From Octopus bimaculoides (Eukaryota): a stretch of DNA of 64,000 bases. The stretch's first letter is position 1. Every line of letters starts with the position of its first letter. Shown here piece by piece: positions 38,201 to 50,749 of the stretch. The position numbers and the translations under genes were made by a program. The DNA lies in the NCBI RefSeq assembly GCF_001194135.2, contig NC_068981.1:151561560-151625559 (forward strand), in the 5' to 3' direction. The notes beneath the pieces are model-generated. The model ran no database searches. It saw only the letters and a list, made by a program, of their open reading frames with translations, and was not told the origin of the DNA.

Positions 38201-38974
38201 NNNNNNNNNNNNNNNNNNNNNNNNNNNNNNNNNNNNNNNNNNNNNNNNNNNNNNNNNNNNNNNNNNNNNNNNNNNNNNNNNNNNNNNNNNNNNNNNNNNN
38301 NNNNNNNNNNNNNNNNNNNNNNNNNNNNNNNNNNNNNNNNNNNNNNNNNNNNNNNNNNNNNNNNNNNNNNNNNNNNNNNNNNNNNNNNNNNNNNNNNNNN
38401 NNNNNNNNNNNNNNNNNNNNNNNNNNNNNNNNNNNNNNNNNNNNNNNNNNNNNNNNNNNNNNNNNNNNNNNNNNNNNNNNNNNNNNNNNNNNNNNNNNNN
38501 NNNNNNNNNNNNNNNNNNNNNNNNNNNNNNNNNNNNNNNNNNNNNNNNNNNNNNNNNNNNNNNNNNNNNNNNNNNNNNNNNNNNNNNNNNNNNNNNNNNN
38601 NNNNNNNNNNNNNNNNNNNNNNNNNNNNNNNNNNNNNNNNNNNNNNNNNNNNNNNNNNNNNNNNNNNNNNNNNNNNNNNNNNNNNNNNNNNNNNNNNNNN
38701 NNNNNNNNNNNNNNNNNNNNNNNNNNNNNNNNNNNNNNNNNNNNNNNNNNNNNNNNNNATTCCAAAAAAGGTACTCCAAAATAAAAGTATTCCAGTAAAG
38801 GTATTCCAATAAAGATAATCCAGGGCCACAGCGAATACAAAAGTTGTTCGTACAACGAACACACAAAAAACTCGCCAAGGAAAGCGAAGATGCCACACCG
38901 CTGGACAACAATTTACTAAAAAATTAAATAGAAGCAATAAATTGCTGCCCAGCTGAGCAACAAAAACGACTTAC

Positions 38975-39086
38975 CCCGGCGAATTCTTCAATTTTTCCTT
39001 CTTTAGACAGAGCCGAAACCCATGTCTATCTTCGTTCACAGCAAGTAGCCAGTCTGACGCACATGCGCAGTGAGCAAACCGGAAGT
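38975..39086 (-). promoter_or_regulatory. Candidate promoter plus non-coding first exon
   Basis: ETS CCGGAAGT at 39079-39086, NRF1-like CGCACATGCGCA at 39058-39069, consensus donor GGG|GTAAGT at 38975/38974. Confidence 0.5.
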
Positions 39087-39117
39087 AAGCAAGCTACTTA
39101 CCACACGGCCACGCCTA
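39085..39117 (-). mobile_element. 33-nt family B SINE head fragment
   Basis: taggcgtggccgtgtggtaagtagcttgcttac resembles the A-box head of 29418. Confidence 0.65.
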
Positions 39118-41349
39118 TATATCTTCCATATATCTGATTTAAAATGAAAACATACGATGATGGTATATAATTTATTAACTAGCCGTCTGTATTTCATTAC
39201 TTCACGCTGGAGACATGATACAGAAAAGAGGCTTAATGATGGATATGAAACCAACGAGAAATATCAAATATTAAATAATGTATGCAGTATAGCATATCGG
39301 GTCTTTTATAATAGGTAACTTTAAAAAATAAGATAAACAACATAGAGAGAGACAGACAGATATACAAACAGACAAAGATAGGGAGAGAAAGAAACAGTGG
39401 CCTACATTGGTGAATTTGAAATATATGTCAAATCTCCCTCTAATTACATCCTACTGTCTTGAAAAGAGAATAATTTGAATAATGTAGTCCTTAGATACGA
39501 AAAACTCGAGAGAAGAACGAGGTGGAACACTTTTGCTTTGGGATATGCTCACGTAATGTTCATCTAAGGCTAAATAATAACGTATGACACTGGTTTCTTC
39601 CTTTCATCAGATACAAGAGGAAAAATGAAAAATAATCATCAAAATAAATCAAAAGCCTTTAGACAGAAAAATTTAAAATTATTTCCATCTCTTGATATCT
39701 ATACCTGAAGGAATGATTGCACACATCAACCTCTTCAACTATTCGTACTAACACTATAAAATCCAACTAAATCTAAAACTGGGAAAAATCACAGTTGTAA
39801 AATTTGCATCCAGACTTCTATGTTCAAGTATCGTACAGTTGAGAAACTTCAAACTTCTTTATGAAAAGAAGACATTTGCATTATTACATCAATATATTAT
39901 GTCTACATCTTCCTCTGTCCACTTATAAACAAAATACTAAAGTCGACAGACTATTTTTTAGATCGTCAAGTCTACGTATAGTACAAATATAGTCTGTTTG
40001 ATCTGTAGACTATTTTACATGGTGCCGCCATGATATTCGTTGCCCATAACAATTTTCAATTTGTTTCCATCTCCAAATGTGGAACCTTATATGTTTCTGT
40101 GTCAATGTATTTATTGGAGTTTAAGTAAATTCTAATCCTTGGAGGGGAAAAAAGACTTTTGATCTATGCACACGATGAAAGTGCAAATTTCTTGAAATAT
40201 AAATAGCTTTAGATTCCTTAATAAAGAACATTTGCTGAGAATTTTTTTTTTTTTTGTGGATTGCATATTGGTAAATGAGAGAGAAAAAAATTTAGATTCT
40301 TGTCAAGTAATGCGAATTTAAGTAAGTGATATCGGAATATGTTCTTATATAGTGCATTAAATAACGCTGCAACGATCAGTTTTAAAATTGTCCCTAATAA
40401 GCAATTAACTTAAATTACACATCTATAAATGTTACATTAGACTATCCTGACAGAGAGGATTAAATATGTTACGCTTCTTATCTATCTATTTAGAATCACG
40501 CAACCACATGCCCATAAAAAAAATTAAAGGATACCTTCTGATTATTTTATCTGTCAGCTTATACTAGAAATGTAATTAATGAGGTTAAAATAACTGTTAA
40601 TGAAAATCAAAGGAAAACTTGAATCTGTTTCTCTAAAAGTTACTATTATTGTTGTCCTGAATTTGTATTCGGATCTCTTAAGTTATATAGGTTTCAGAAA
40701 AATCCAACCAAAGTAATGTTATTGAACTTGATGTTGGAAAACATCTTCAGGAAGTATAGGTGCAACTAGCAAACATAGACTACATGACCATTTTTTTTTT
40801 GGGGGGGGGAAGAAATATTGGTTCTCTAAAATAATTCTACTATTTACCAACTCAATTCTTCGTGTTTATATATCATACATTCCATTGATTCAGCATATAT
40901 TTTGCTCTTACTCAGCCAGTCACTCTCTCCAAGGTTTACAATATTCTTTCAAAGAAGCGATATTTTCTTATCTAGAAGGACTTTGATAACGGCTAACTTT
41001 GCATATCATTTACTTAATCAGTAAATTTGAAGCAGAGAATCAAAATCAAATATGCTTCAGTGGCTTTTAAACTTAAATCTCTTTAATGCAAAATGTAACG
41101 TTCAGTCAAATGCATATATTGATCAAATATGTTACAATGTTTTAATGTAAAACTATAATGTAATTTATATTTTAAATGTAAACAATACTGTAATAAAAGT
41201 TACTAATGAATTGTGGACTTACTATTCGGTACTTAGACAGTAACCAAATCTCCCTCGGGCAATGTTCCTTAGAGTGATACAGCAGAAATCCTTAAAAGCC
41301 GTATTGCATACCGTGGGGAAAACGCAAATAGAATGTGTAACGAGAAATA

Positions 41350-42050
41350 TACAGTGTGGGTAAATATAAGTAGGCATTAAACATTGGTAATAAAATCCAT
41401 ATTCCTTTTACAGATTTATTGAAACAAATAATACATGTTCTTTATTACATGGGAAAATGAAAGTAAATCTTAATATCTCAATGTCAGCACCGGTGGCATC
41501 AACCAGTTTCTTCAAAAGGGCAGGAATGGAATGAACAACCTTCTGAAGGACGTCGTCTGGGATGTCATTGAGAATCTCCTGAATCTGTTTCTCTAAGTCC
41601 TCCAGTATGCGATGTTTTGTCTTGTACACCTCCACTTTTGTGTAACCCCACAGGTAAAAATCATATGGAATGAGTTCTTGACTTTTTGAAGGCCATTCAT
41701 AAGGTCCGCGTCGTCCTATCAGGTTTTAACTCCTGAACGTAATGAGGACGAAAATTCAATACTTTATGCAACACTGTACGTTTTGTGTGTCTTGTTAGTC
41801 CACTATCACGAGCTGCTTCACGTGTTGATTTTTGCGGGCTGCAATTAAACATTTCCTGCATTGTTGCCACGTTCTCCGCTGATCGGGATGTGGTTGTACG
41901 GCCACTTCTTGTATTGTCGACAGAGCCCGTGGTCATCAGCTTTGCATGACGACTTTTTATTGTCTCCGGACGTAGTGTTGCATGCTTACCTTTACATGCA
42001 CACCACTGTCTTTAGTTGAAAGCCGCACTATATCACTAAAATATTTTGTA
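41350..42050 (-). pseudogene. Tc1/mariner-superfamily transposon, internally deleted
   Basis: GSVDNTRSGRTTTSRSAENVATMQEMFNCSPQKSTREAARDSGL (HTH) and YDFYLWGYTKVEVYKTK..LEDLEKQI (SPDL..DF.LWG region); TA-CAGTGTGG end. Confidence 0.8.
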
Positions 42051-42571
42051 TTTTCTTGGATGACAAAATCTACCGCACTGCACGGCAGAAGTTTGTAACC
42101 ACAATACGTCCAAAATATCGGTTCTCGTTCAATCACCGAATCTAAGCAAAGTCGAACATCTTAAATACTTATCTATGCTCTATGCAAGTTACAGAATTAT
42201 CCACTAAAGGAGGGTTTTANNNNNNNNNNNNNNNNNNNNNNNNNNNNNNNNNNNNNNNNNNNNNNNNNNNNNNNNNNNNNNNNNNNNNNNNNNNNNNNNN
42301 NNNNNNNNNNNNNNNNNNNNNNNNNNNNNNNNNNNNNNNNNNNNNNNNNNNNNNNNNNNNNNNNNNNNNNNNNNNNNNNNNNNNNNNNNNNNNNNNNNNN
42401 NNNNNNNNNNNNNNNNNNNNNNNNNNNNNNNNNNNNNNNNNNNNNNNNNNNNNNNNNNNNNNNNNNNNNNNNNNNNNNNNNNNNNNNNNNNNNNNNNNNN
42501 TCACAAGATGGTCTCTGTTTAAACATATTTATGATAAATGTTTATTTAGCCATATTTATTTAGACTATGTA

Positions 42572-43821
42572 CGAGGGGTGTTCATTAAAGACTTCCCTGA
42601 CCCACTTCCGATTATTGCAGGAAAAGGAACTTGTAATGGTATAATCATACATGTCTTTACATGTCACATTGTAAATTGCAACTTTCCACTAGTATTCGTT
42701 TGTCTTTTACAGCTGCTGAAGTAGACTAAGGTGAATAGGGGCAGTTGAATGAAGATCAGTGATCAGATTCTTATGCATGAAAGATCGTACGCCAAAAGAG
42801 ACCTTCAATGAGATTTAAAACGTAGATGATAACAATGCACCATCATATGACGTAGTCAAGCACTGGCATTGTCAGTTGAAATGTAGTCGGACATCGATGG
42901 AAACTGCTCCTATTCCTGCACGACCATATTCCGCCATTGATGACGACACCATCAATAAAGTGGAAGCTGCCATTTTGGAGGATCGCCGCATAACTATTCC
43001 GCAACTAACCCAAGAAGTGAAGAGTCCGTGGAAAAAATCACTCACGACCATATGCATATACAGAAGTTGTCTGCGCGATGGATTCCCCGGATGTTTACTC
43101 ATTTTCAGAAGCAGGAAGGAGTCAATTGCTCCCAGGCTCTTTTGGCAATGTGCCAAGAAAATGAGAAATTTTTCGGCAGACTTATCATACAAGATGAAAC
43201 ATGGATCCCTCACAATGATTCTGAGACGGAAGCCCAATCAAAGAAATGGAAGCATGATAACTCACCACCTTCAAAGGAGGCTCATATCCAATTCTCAGCT
43301 GGCAAGGTGATGTTGACAGTCCTTTGGGACCAGCGTGGGGTAGTAATGATGGGTTTTCTAGCAAAGGGTACCAGAATTAACCGGGCATATGATGCTTGTC
43401 TGCTGCAGAAATTGCGAGATGTCATCAAAGCAGAGAGGCGTGGCATGTTCACCAAAGGAGTCAGCCACCTCCAAGACAACACCTCAGTTCACAATGCACA
43501 TGTTGCCCTGATGAAAGCACATTCCTGCGTCTATGAAAACATTCTTCATCCCTCTCACTCTCCCGACCTTGCACAATCTGACTTTCACCTCTTTCCAATC
43601 ATGAAGTCTTTTTTTGAAGAGGAAGCACTTTTCAGACGATGATGAACTTATTTCCGAGGTAAAGTCTTGACTCCAGATGCAAACTACCGACTTCTACAGA
43701 TTTCACAGTTGCATAAAGCAATGGGAGAAATGTGTTACGATTGGTGGTGGCTATGTAAAGGTTCGTTTATCCCATTCCTTGGGAAGTGGGTCAGGGGAAT
43801 TTTTTTAATGAACACCCCTCA
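42572..43821 (+). mobile_element. Full-length (1250 bp) DD34D mariner with frameshifted transposase
   Basis: TA-flanked TIRs cgaggggtgttcattaaag / tttaatgaacacccctca; ARWIPRMF, QDETWI, QDNTSVH, HSPDLAQSDFHLF motifs; frameshift near 43020. Confidence 0.95.
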
Positions 43822-44509
43822 TAGTAATGTCAACAAATTTACACAACTTGCTTTGCCGTTGGTATTTAGAGAATATTTACATTTTAAAATTGTTTATGGT
43901 AGCATTGAGAACTGTAAAAATGGCGGGGACTTAAATGATGAGGGAAATAAGTGAAAGAGGCGGGGTAAATTTTCATTGCTTGGCAACACTTTTTCTTCCT
44001 CTTTATCATTTTCCTTCCCTTCAGGTTCTTCAAATCTATTTTCTCAGTGCCCCTACTACTCTCTTTGTTTCTCGCCAATGAAATATTCTGGACTCCTCAA
44101 GATATACGGACTAATTAATTTAGATTTCGAAACTTTAGTGGCTTTTTGATTAAATTTTAAAATATTTGTTAATTAACGTTTTCCTGTGAATAAAGAACTG
44201 AATTATTGGGAGGTGTGGAAAGTATTATCTATAGAGTTAACACACAAAATATCTTATGCGAGATTTTAATTGAGTTTTATGTAAGAAAATGTAATTGAAG
44301 AAGAGAATTAAATTCTCTTAACTATATATTTTGTGAAATGAACATTAAAAAGAAAAAGAAAAATGTATTTTAAAATATAGAGCAAAATTTTAATTTTGAT
44401 TAATTCAACGAAAGAACCAACTGAATATATTAACAGAATGGAAAAATTCATATCTGTACAATAATAATTATAATAAATCAATTTCTCTCCCGGTGTGTAT
44501 GTGTATGTT

Positions 44510-44554
<45 letters not shown>

Positions 44555-44776
44555 CTATACATGCATATATGTATGTGTGTGCATTCATAAGTACCTAAAC
44601 ACGCATGCATATATATGTATATGTATGTACACATACATATATACATGCAAACGCACATACATCAATTAGTGTACTGATGTGTTGAGTAAAGCACCAGCAC
44701 AGTTTGGGTTTACTTCGGGAAATCTGCAGTCTTAGTTGAGATACTAATCGATTAAGTAAACAGAAGATGAAATTAG

Positions 44777-45179
44777 TATAACTCTCTATTTTGTACGACG
44801 ATCGTTTCAGCCCATACTTCGACAGTCCTTTATGGGTGGAATACTGTCCATCATATTATGTCANNNNNNNNNNCTTTATGGGTGGAATACTGTCCATCAT
44901 ATTATGTCATGTCAGGTACATTCATACAGAAAGTGCTGTCTCGTTAAAGTTCTTGAGTTTGGACTGTTATATTGTTATTTGCCCGCTTCAGTTACGGTAA
45001 ATGACAACATAACAGGCCAAACTCAAGATCTTTGACGAGACATCACTTTATATATGATTGTACCCTGATATGACCCAAACTGCAACAATTGATAAATACA
45101 GTATGATGCACAGCATCCCACCAATAAAGAACAGGCGCAGGATGGGTCGAAACGATCGTCGTACAAAATAAAGTTATAC
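44777..45179. mobile_element. Fold-back element made of two inverted hammerhead-like units
   Basis: tattttgtacgacgatcgtttc / gaaacgatcgtcgtacaaaata ends; arms align throughout; centre near 44990. Confidence 0.85.
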
Positions 45180-45264
45180 CTACTCCATATGTTTACTTAA
45201 TCGATTATTATTATCTCCAATGATAAGTCTGTTGCACAACTATTTAATATTAGTTTTCACTTGT

Positions 45265-45284
45265 CGGAAGTGAGTTACTTCCGG
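45265..45284. promoter_or_regulatory. Inverted ETS motif pair
   Basis: CGGAAGT-gagtt-ACTTCCGG in CpG-enriched, non-repeat-looking sequence. Confidence 0.35.
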
Positions 45285-46759
45285 TTTGTATCTGGGATCG
45301 AGGTTGTTTTGTTTTCAGAAAAAGGGGTGGGGTACCCTTTTGTGCCCATCTATATCTCAGAAAACCCGCTGTCAACCCTAAATGTTCTTCTTTGGTTATT
45401 TCATGTTACTGCGAACGTGGCTTTATACCAGTGTGACCAATTTTCTGCTGCTTTTAGAAGCAGAAAAGTTTTTGTAAGATAATTTAAATATATCTAGTCA
45501 TTTTCCTTACATTAACATGAAACATATAATAATGTGTAGATAACTGTGTATCCATGGGCGAAAGTGTTTCAGTATATCCGACATTTTTTTCTTCAATTGG
45601 TACTTTTCGCCCGCGTGTATCAGTCATAATAAACATGTTGAATGTATTTTGTAACCAAACTTTGTTGAAAGAAAGTTGTATATCACGAAGTCATATAACA
45701 GTAAAACCCTGTTCAAATAATTTTTGTATTTAGGTTTGTCTTATTTTGTGTTTTTCTTATTTTGTAGTCTACCGTACACTTCCCATACATTTGTATATAC
45801 ACGCGGTACACCTTCACGATTTTACGTACGAGTAGATAATAAATGGCTCCAAAAAATTTAAACCGTTGTTCGTCTTTGTTATTACTATGGTGATTGCGAC
45901 CCCGCTTGCTTAGATTTCTGTACGAAGCAGCAATAGTAGTAAAAACTTTGCATAGAACTTCCAAATTATTGAAAAGGAGTTGAAAGTGAAGCTGTGCCAG
46001 TGATTCATCTGAAGAGCATAAGTTCTATAGTGGCGTATCTCTAAAAAGGAAAGGACATTGTGTAAGAGAGCCCTGAATAAATTACGTGAAACAGTGCATT
46101 GCGGAAGACAACAACAACAACAACAACAATGATATCATGAGGAAATGAAATTGGATAGTGTTTGTTATCTGTAACGAACATTTACATCATCTGCGATATC
46201 GTAAGGAATCTTATTAGGGAAACGGTACACATAATCATTATTCCTGAAGATTCCCTGACCACGCAACATCCATGCAAAATCCAGACACTACATGCATAAC
46301 TCGCAAAGAATGAATGGGTGCCTCAAAAGCATCCTACAGTTAGGATTCGTCCATCTTGTCTCTTACAACCACAAATCACAAACACTAATCAGATTACGTG
46401 AATATCATCGCACCACACTTCATTACACATGAGCAGCACGTTTGTGTGTGTGCACGCACATGTGTGTAGCTTTATCCTATGTAAACATAAGTTTATGCAA
46501 TAGGGATATTGCACAACATGAAAAATGTAAAAAGTCAAAATAGCATGCAAAAAGTGAAGAAAATAAATCAAGAAACGAATATTGAAACCGATTATGAGTA
46601 TATAATACACATATGTTATTAAAACTCTAATAGTTTTCGATCCTTCATCTTAACGAACTAAAGCCTAAGAGATTTGTTTATGAAAAGAAGCTCCTATAAC
46701 TCCTAATCAATAAAGTGCTAACATGAAGGAAAAGCTAAGGCATTTTTAATAATAATTCT

Positions 46760-47050
46760 TTTACAGTGGCAGAAGGCCAGAAACTTGAGTGGAGGAGATC
46801 TCCAATTACATCGACCCCAGTGATCAACTGGTACTTATTTTATCGACCCTAAAAGAATGAAATTCAAAGCCGACCTCGGGGAGCTAGTTGATAATATTGA
46901 CCCCAGTAATTGATTGGCATTTTGTTTTTTCAACTCTGGAGAGATGAAATTTAAAATTTATCAAAGCGGAGTTTGAACTCAGACCAAGGAATTGCATAAC
47001 TAAATATCATAAGGCTTCCTTATTCCGATGCTTTAACGATTTTTCCAATT
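46760..47050 (-). mobile_element. Two tandem family A SINE fragments
   Basis: atcgaccccagtgatcaactggtacttattttatcgaccc, repeated degenerately at about 46895-46990. Confidence 0.75.
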
Positions 47051-49155
47051 CATTGCTGTGGGGAGAAGCTTTTATAGTAGCACCGAAGATACAACAGATT
47101 TTAAATGATGCTTCATATCAGAAAAATTTAAAACTGAATGCTCCACTTTAAACATTTAACATCATATTCTTTTGGACACGAAAAATGAACGAGTCAATGA
47201 ATTCGTTGTAGACACAAAGAAGTGAACAGTGAAAATATTAAATTAATGTTGCCCGTTTCAGAATCTTCAGTTTGGCGAATATATTATTTAATTGAATTGT
47301 GAAATATAACTTGATTTTGCAAACAAATAATAGAAAAGAGTAAAATATGAAAAATATTTGTTTTTGCTGTCTAAGCGAAAGGCATTAACTCTTTATGACG
47401 AATATATCTTTATGCCAATATATCTAGGATTGCATTACCTTCCTTTATTAACATTTACATGTGTGGTCTGAGGGTTATTTGAATGTCGTTTCTATTAGGT
47501 CAAATTACTTCATAGAGGTTCCTTTATTGGCTCGCTGACACGCATTGTTTTATGTTGAGCTGTTGCATTCATTTATTCATTTAAAAAACTAATACATTTA
47601 AAATACACTACAAATTAACAAAGATATAATTAATATTATTTGTGAAAAATGAATGCATTGAATAGATTCCTAGGAACACATGCTGACATTTTGTACTTGT
47701 AAAAGATATTTTAAAAAAACTAGGATTAATGCTTTAGAATAGATAATCCAGCCGTAGCAGCTAACTGGGGACATTATAGAAAGAAACAGAATTACCGACT
47801 GACCAACGAATATGTTATGTATACTTATCAATCAATGAACCTCTATATAGTCGCTCCACGTGTTAAAAATAGCCAACACATCTCCCTCAAAGCATAATCT
47901 ACTCTTTTATAGGAGGAAGAATCGATTAGATAAAGTGGAGAAAAATTTATACAAAAAAAAACCATGATGGCCACGGTTGAAATATTTAATCTGCAAATAC
48001 CTGGAGCTAACAAGAAAAATCAAGCAAATGAAGAAACTTCTGCGTGGTTGCTCAAATCTGCGAGAATTACGGGCAATTTTTTTCTTAACTCACGCCATAT
48101 AACTCAGTGTAATATGGCTTTGGGTTATTCTATATTAAGGTTAAAATGGTCATAATTAGAATCAGCGACTTTCTTAGACTTGAACTGGGATTGAAATGAA
48201 GATTACTGAAACAGGTGAAAAGAGCTATATCTGGTTAAAATTACTCTATAATACGAAGGAACTAGTTTGTTCTCACATATCGATATTATCTATGATATCT
48301 TGGAAGACAGCCATATTGCATATACATTACCCTTATACTCATTTGAATTAATCTAAATATATTATTAGAAAGTTACTTCATCGAGAGCATCAGAACAAAG
48401 TCAACAGAAGTAATGACGAAAATTATTTCAAGCCTGTTGATATATCGTCTATCAACACACCAGCCTTTTAATAATCATAACAATAACAAAAGAGATTTGA
48501 ACAGAATATTTGTATTTAGTTGCTAAATGCTAGTTAGTTTGTTGGGTAAATAAATGAGATGTTTTTATAACATTGTTTCCACTCCAACTTTGTTTGAACA
48601 TACTAGACCATCCCGTGGAATTTGTTGATTTAACTATAATAGGAACAATATGAAGTAACTGACGACAAGAATGTAACAAAAATTTAAGATGGTGAAAATC
48701 TGAGTAACCGAAAAATGTATGTATGGCTATATTTTTCTCAACATTTATAAATACATATATGTNNNNNNNNNNNNNNNNNNNNNNNNNNNNNNNNNNNNNN
48801 NNNNNNNNNNNNNNNNNNNNNNNNNNNNNNNNNNNNNNNNNNNNNNNNNNNNNNNNNNNNNNNNNNNNNNNNNNNNNNNNNNNNNNNNNNNNNNNNNNNN
48901 NNNNNNNNNNNNNNNNNNNNNNNNNNNNNNNNNNNNNNNNNNNNNNNNNNNNNNNNNNNNNNNNNNNNNNNNNNNNNNNNNNNNNNNNNNNNNNNNNNNN
49001 NNNNNNNNNNNNNNNNNNNNNNNNNNNNNNNNNNNNNNNNNNNNNNNNNNNNNNNNNNNNNNNNNNNNNNNNNNNNNNNNNNNNNNNNNNNNNNNNNNNN
49101 NNNNNNNNNNNNNNNNNNNNNNNNNNNNNNNNNNNNNNNNNNNTATATACATATA

Positions 49156-49191
<36 letters not shown>

Positions 49192-49295
49192 TGTATGCAT
49201 GTATGTATATATATACATATTTATGTAACATGCGCTATAATTATAAACAGGGCAAATTTTAGCCATTACTCTGCAGACTGAAAAAACAATGATGA

Positions 49296-49345
49296 ACAAC
49301 CTTAATCGATTTTCGAACCTTACTGGATTCTCATCAGAGTACTTG
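49296..49345 (-). ncRNA. Hammerhead-like motif with intact core and short stem I
   Basis: CT-CTGATGA-GAATC cagtaa GGTTC-GAAA-ATCGAT-TA-AG; palindromic stem III AATCGATT; only 2 bp of stem I. Confidence 0.5.
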
Positions 49346-49762
49346 GATAAGTATATTTCATTTTGATCAAAGGTGTCCCAGCCTCCCCAATGAAAAAGTT
49401 TTTCCTATTGATTTAAATGAAACTTAAACCATATGTAAATGAATAGAAATAATGCCTATTCCAAAAATATCAGCAAATTTCAATAATATTAAGACACCCT
49501 AATGGGGCTAAACCCCCTTCTATTGCAAATTTTGGAAGCCCATAACTTGAATATTTGAACCTCTATTATCACGGGGTTTTTCTATTAATTAAACGTAAAA
49601 CAACAAAATTACCTTTCTTTTATAGGAAAATTCTGAAAATTTACATATTTATCTATGACAAAATATCACTAGAATTATGGGAAGAAAAATTATTAGTGAA
49701 TGCCTCTAATATTTTTTTTTTAATATTTTTGTTTTTTATTAATTTTTCTCCAGACACCCATT

Positions 49763-50749
49763 ATGCCACTGAAAAGGAAGTCCATTTATGCAAATACTCC
49801 ACATGCACAAAGGATGAAGCTTCGTCGTCAATCTGAAAGCTGTGATGCAAGGGAAGAACAGCTTTCTAGGCAAAACCAAAGACAAAGAGATTCTCACCAA
49901 TCTGAAAGTTGTGATACAAGGGAGGAACGACTTTCTAGACAAAGACATAGACAAACAGAGTTTCAGCAAAATGAAACCTTTAGTGAGCGTCAAGACAGAA
50001 GCAAGATATATTTCGCAATGTAGTTGCAAGAAGAAATGAGTCTGAACAAGAGAGACAACAGCGTTTGATTCCTGATAGAAACAGGTATCAAAATGTAAGA
50101 CAACGTGAGATTCAAAATGCTAAACGTTCTGCATTTCTGTATGACAAAAATGTAACAAGGTTGCAATTGGAGAAATGACCAAAGATTGTCAGTGTGGCGC
50201 TAAAACGTTTGCTGGAGAATCACCAGGAATGTGCTGGTTACACTGAAAAGGTTACACGGGATCCATTTCCACCCTGCCTCAATTATTTCAAGAACTGTTC
50301 ACTGGGGAAAGTCAATTCAGTAAACACTTTTGTGAAGGCTTAGGGTACACAACTTTCTGTTTGCCATGATCAGCTTTGGTCACAAAGATGCATCTGCCCA
50401 AGGTTGGAATCCATCTGTAAGAATCCAAGGTCAAATTTATCATTAACTTTGGGAATATAAGCGTGCCAAGGGAAAACATGCTCAGCGTTTTAATGCACAA
50501 ACAAGGGCTGAAGTGGCAATTTAAATGTCAAATTATTGAAACAAAGTAGAATGAGAATTTCAGAGTTACATCGATCCTATAGTCCTTTAATGTATCCATT
50601 CATTTTTTTCGATATGGAACAGACGGCTACCACATATATTTGGAAGGGAGAAATTACCACCAAGGAACAGTGAAACATCAGGATTGGAGGATTTCGCGAC
50701 TCACCAATTATGCTACTTAATCCCGAGCAACGCCGAGTATGCCAGCTGG
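49763..50749 (+). mobile_element. Internally deleted Helitron (RepHel N-terminal remnant plus 3' terminus)
   Basis: IGEMTKDCQCGAKTFAGESPGMC and AMISFG..IQGQIYH match the Helitron N-terminal region; 3' cccgagcaacgccgag degenerate hairpin then CTGG|T at 50746-50750. The 5' boundary was not located. Confidence 0.8.

Noticed and set aside
44828-44909. 36-bp direct repeat
   Set aside because: Identical copies either side of a 10-N gap indicate an assembly overlap artefact.
46215-46260. GAAACGGTA...CTGAAGA permuted hammerhead
   Set aside because: Stems I and II do not close next to the core.
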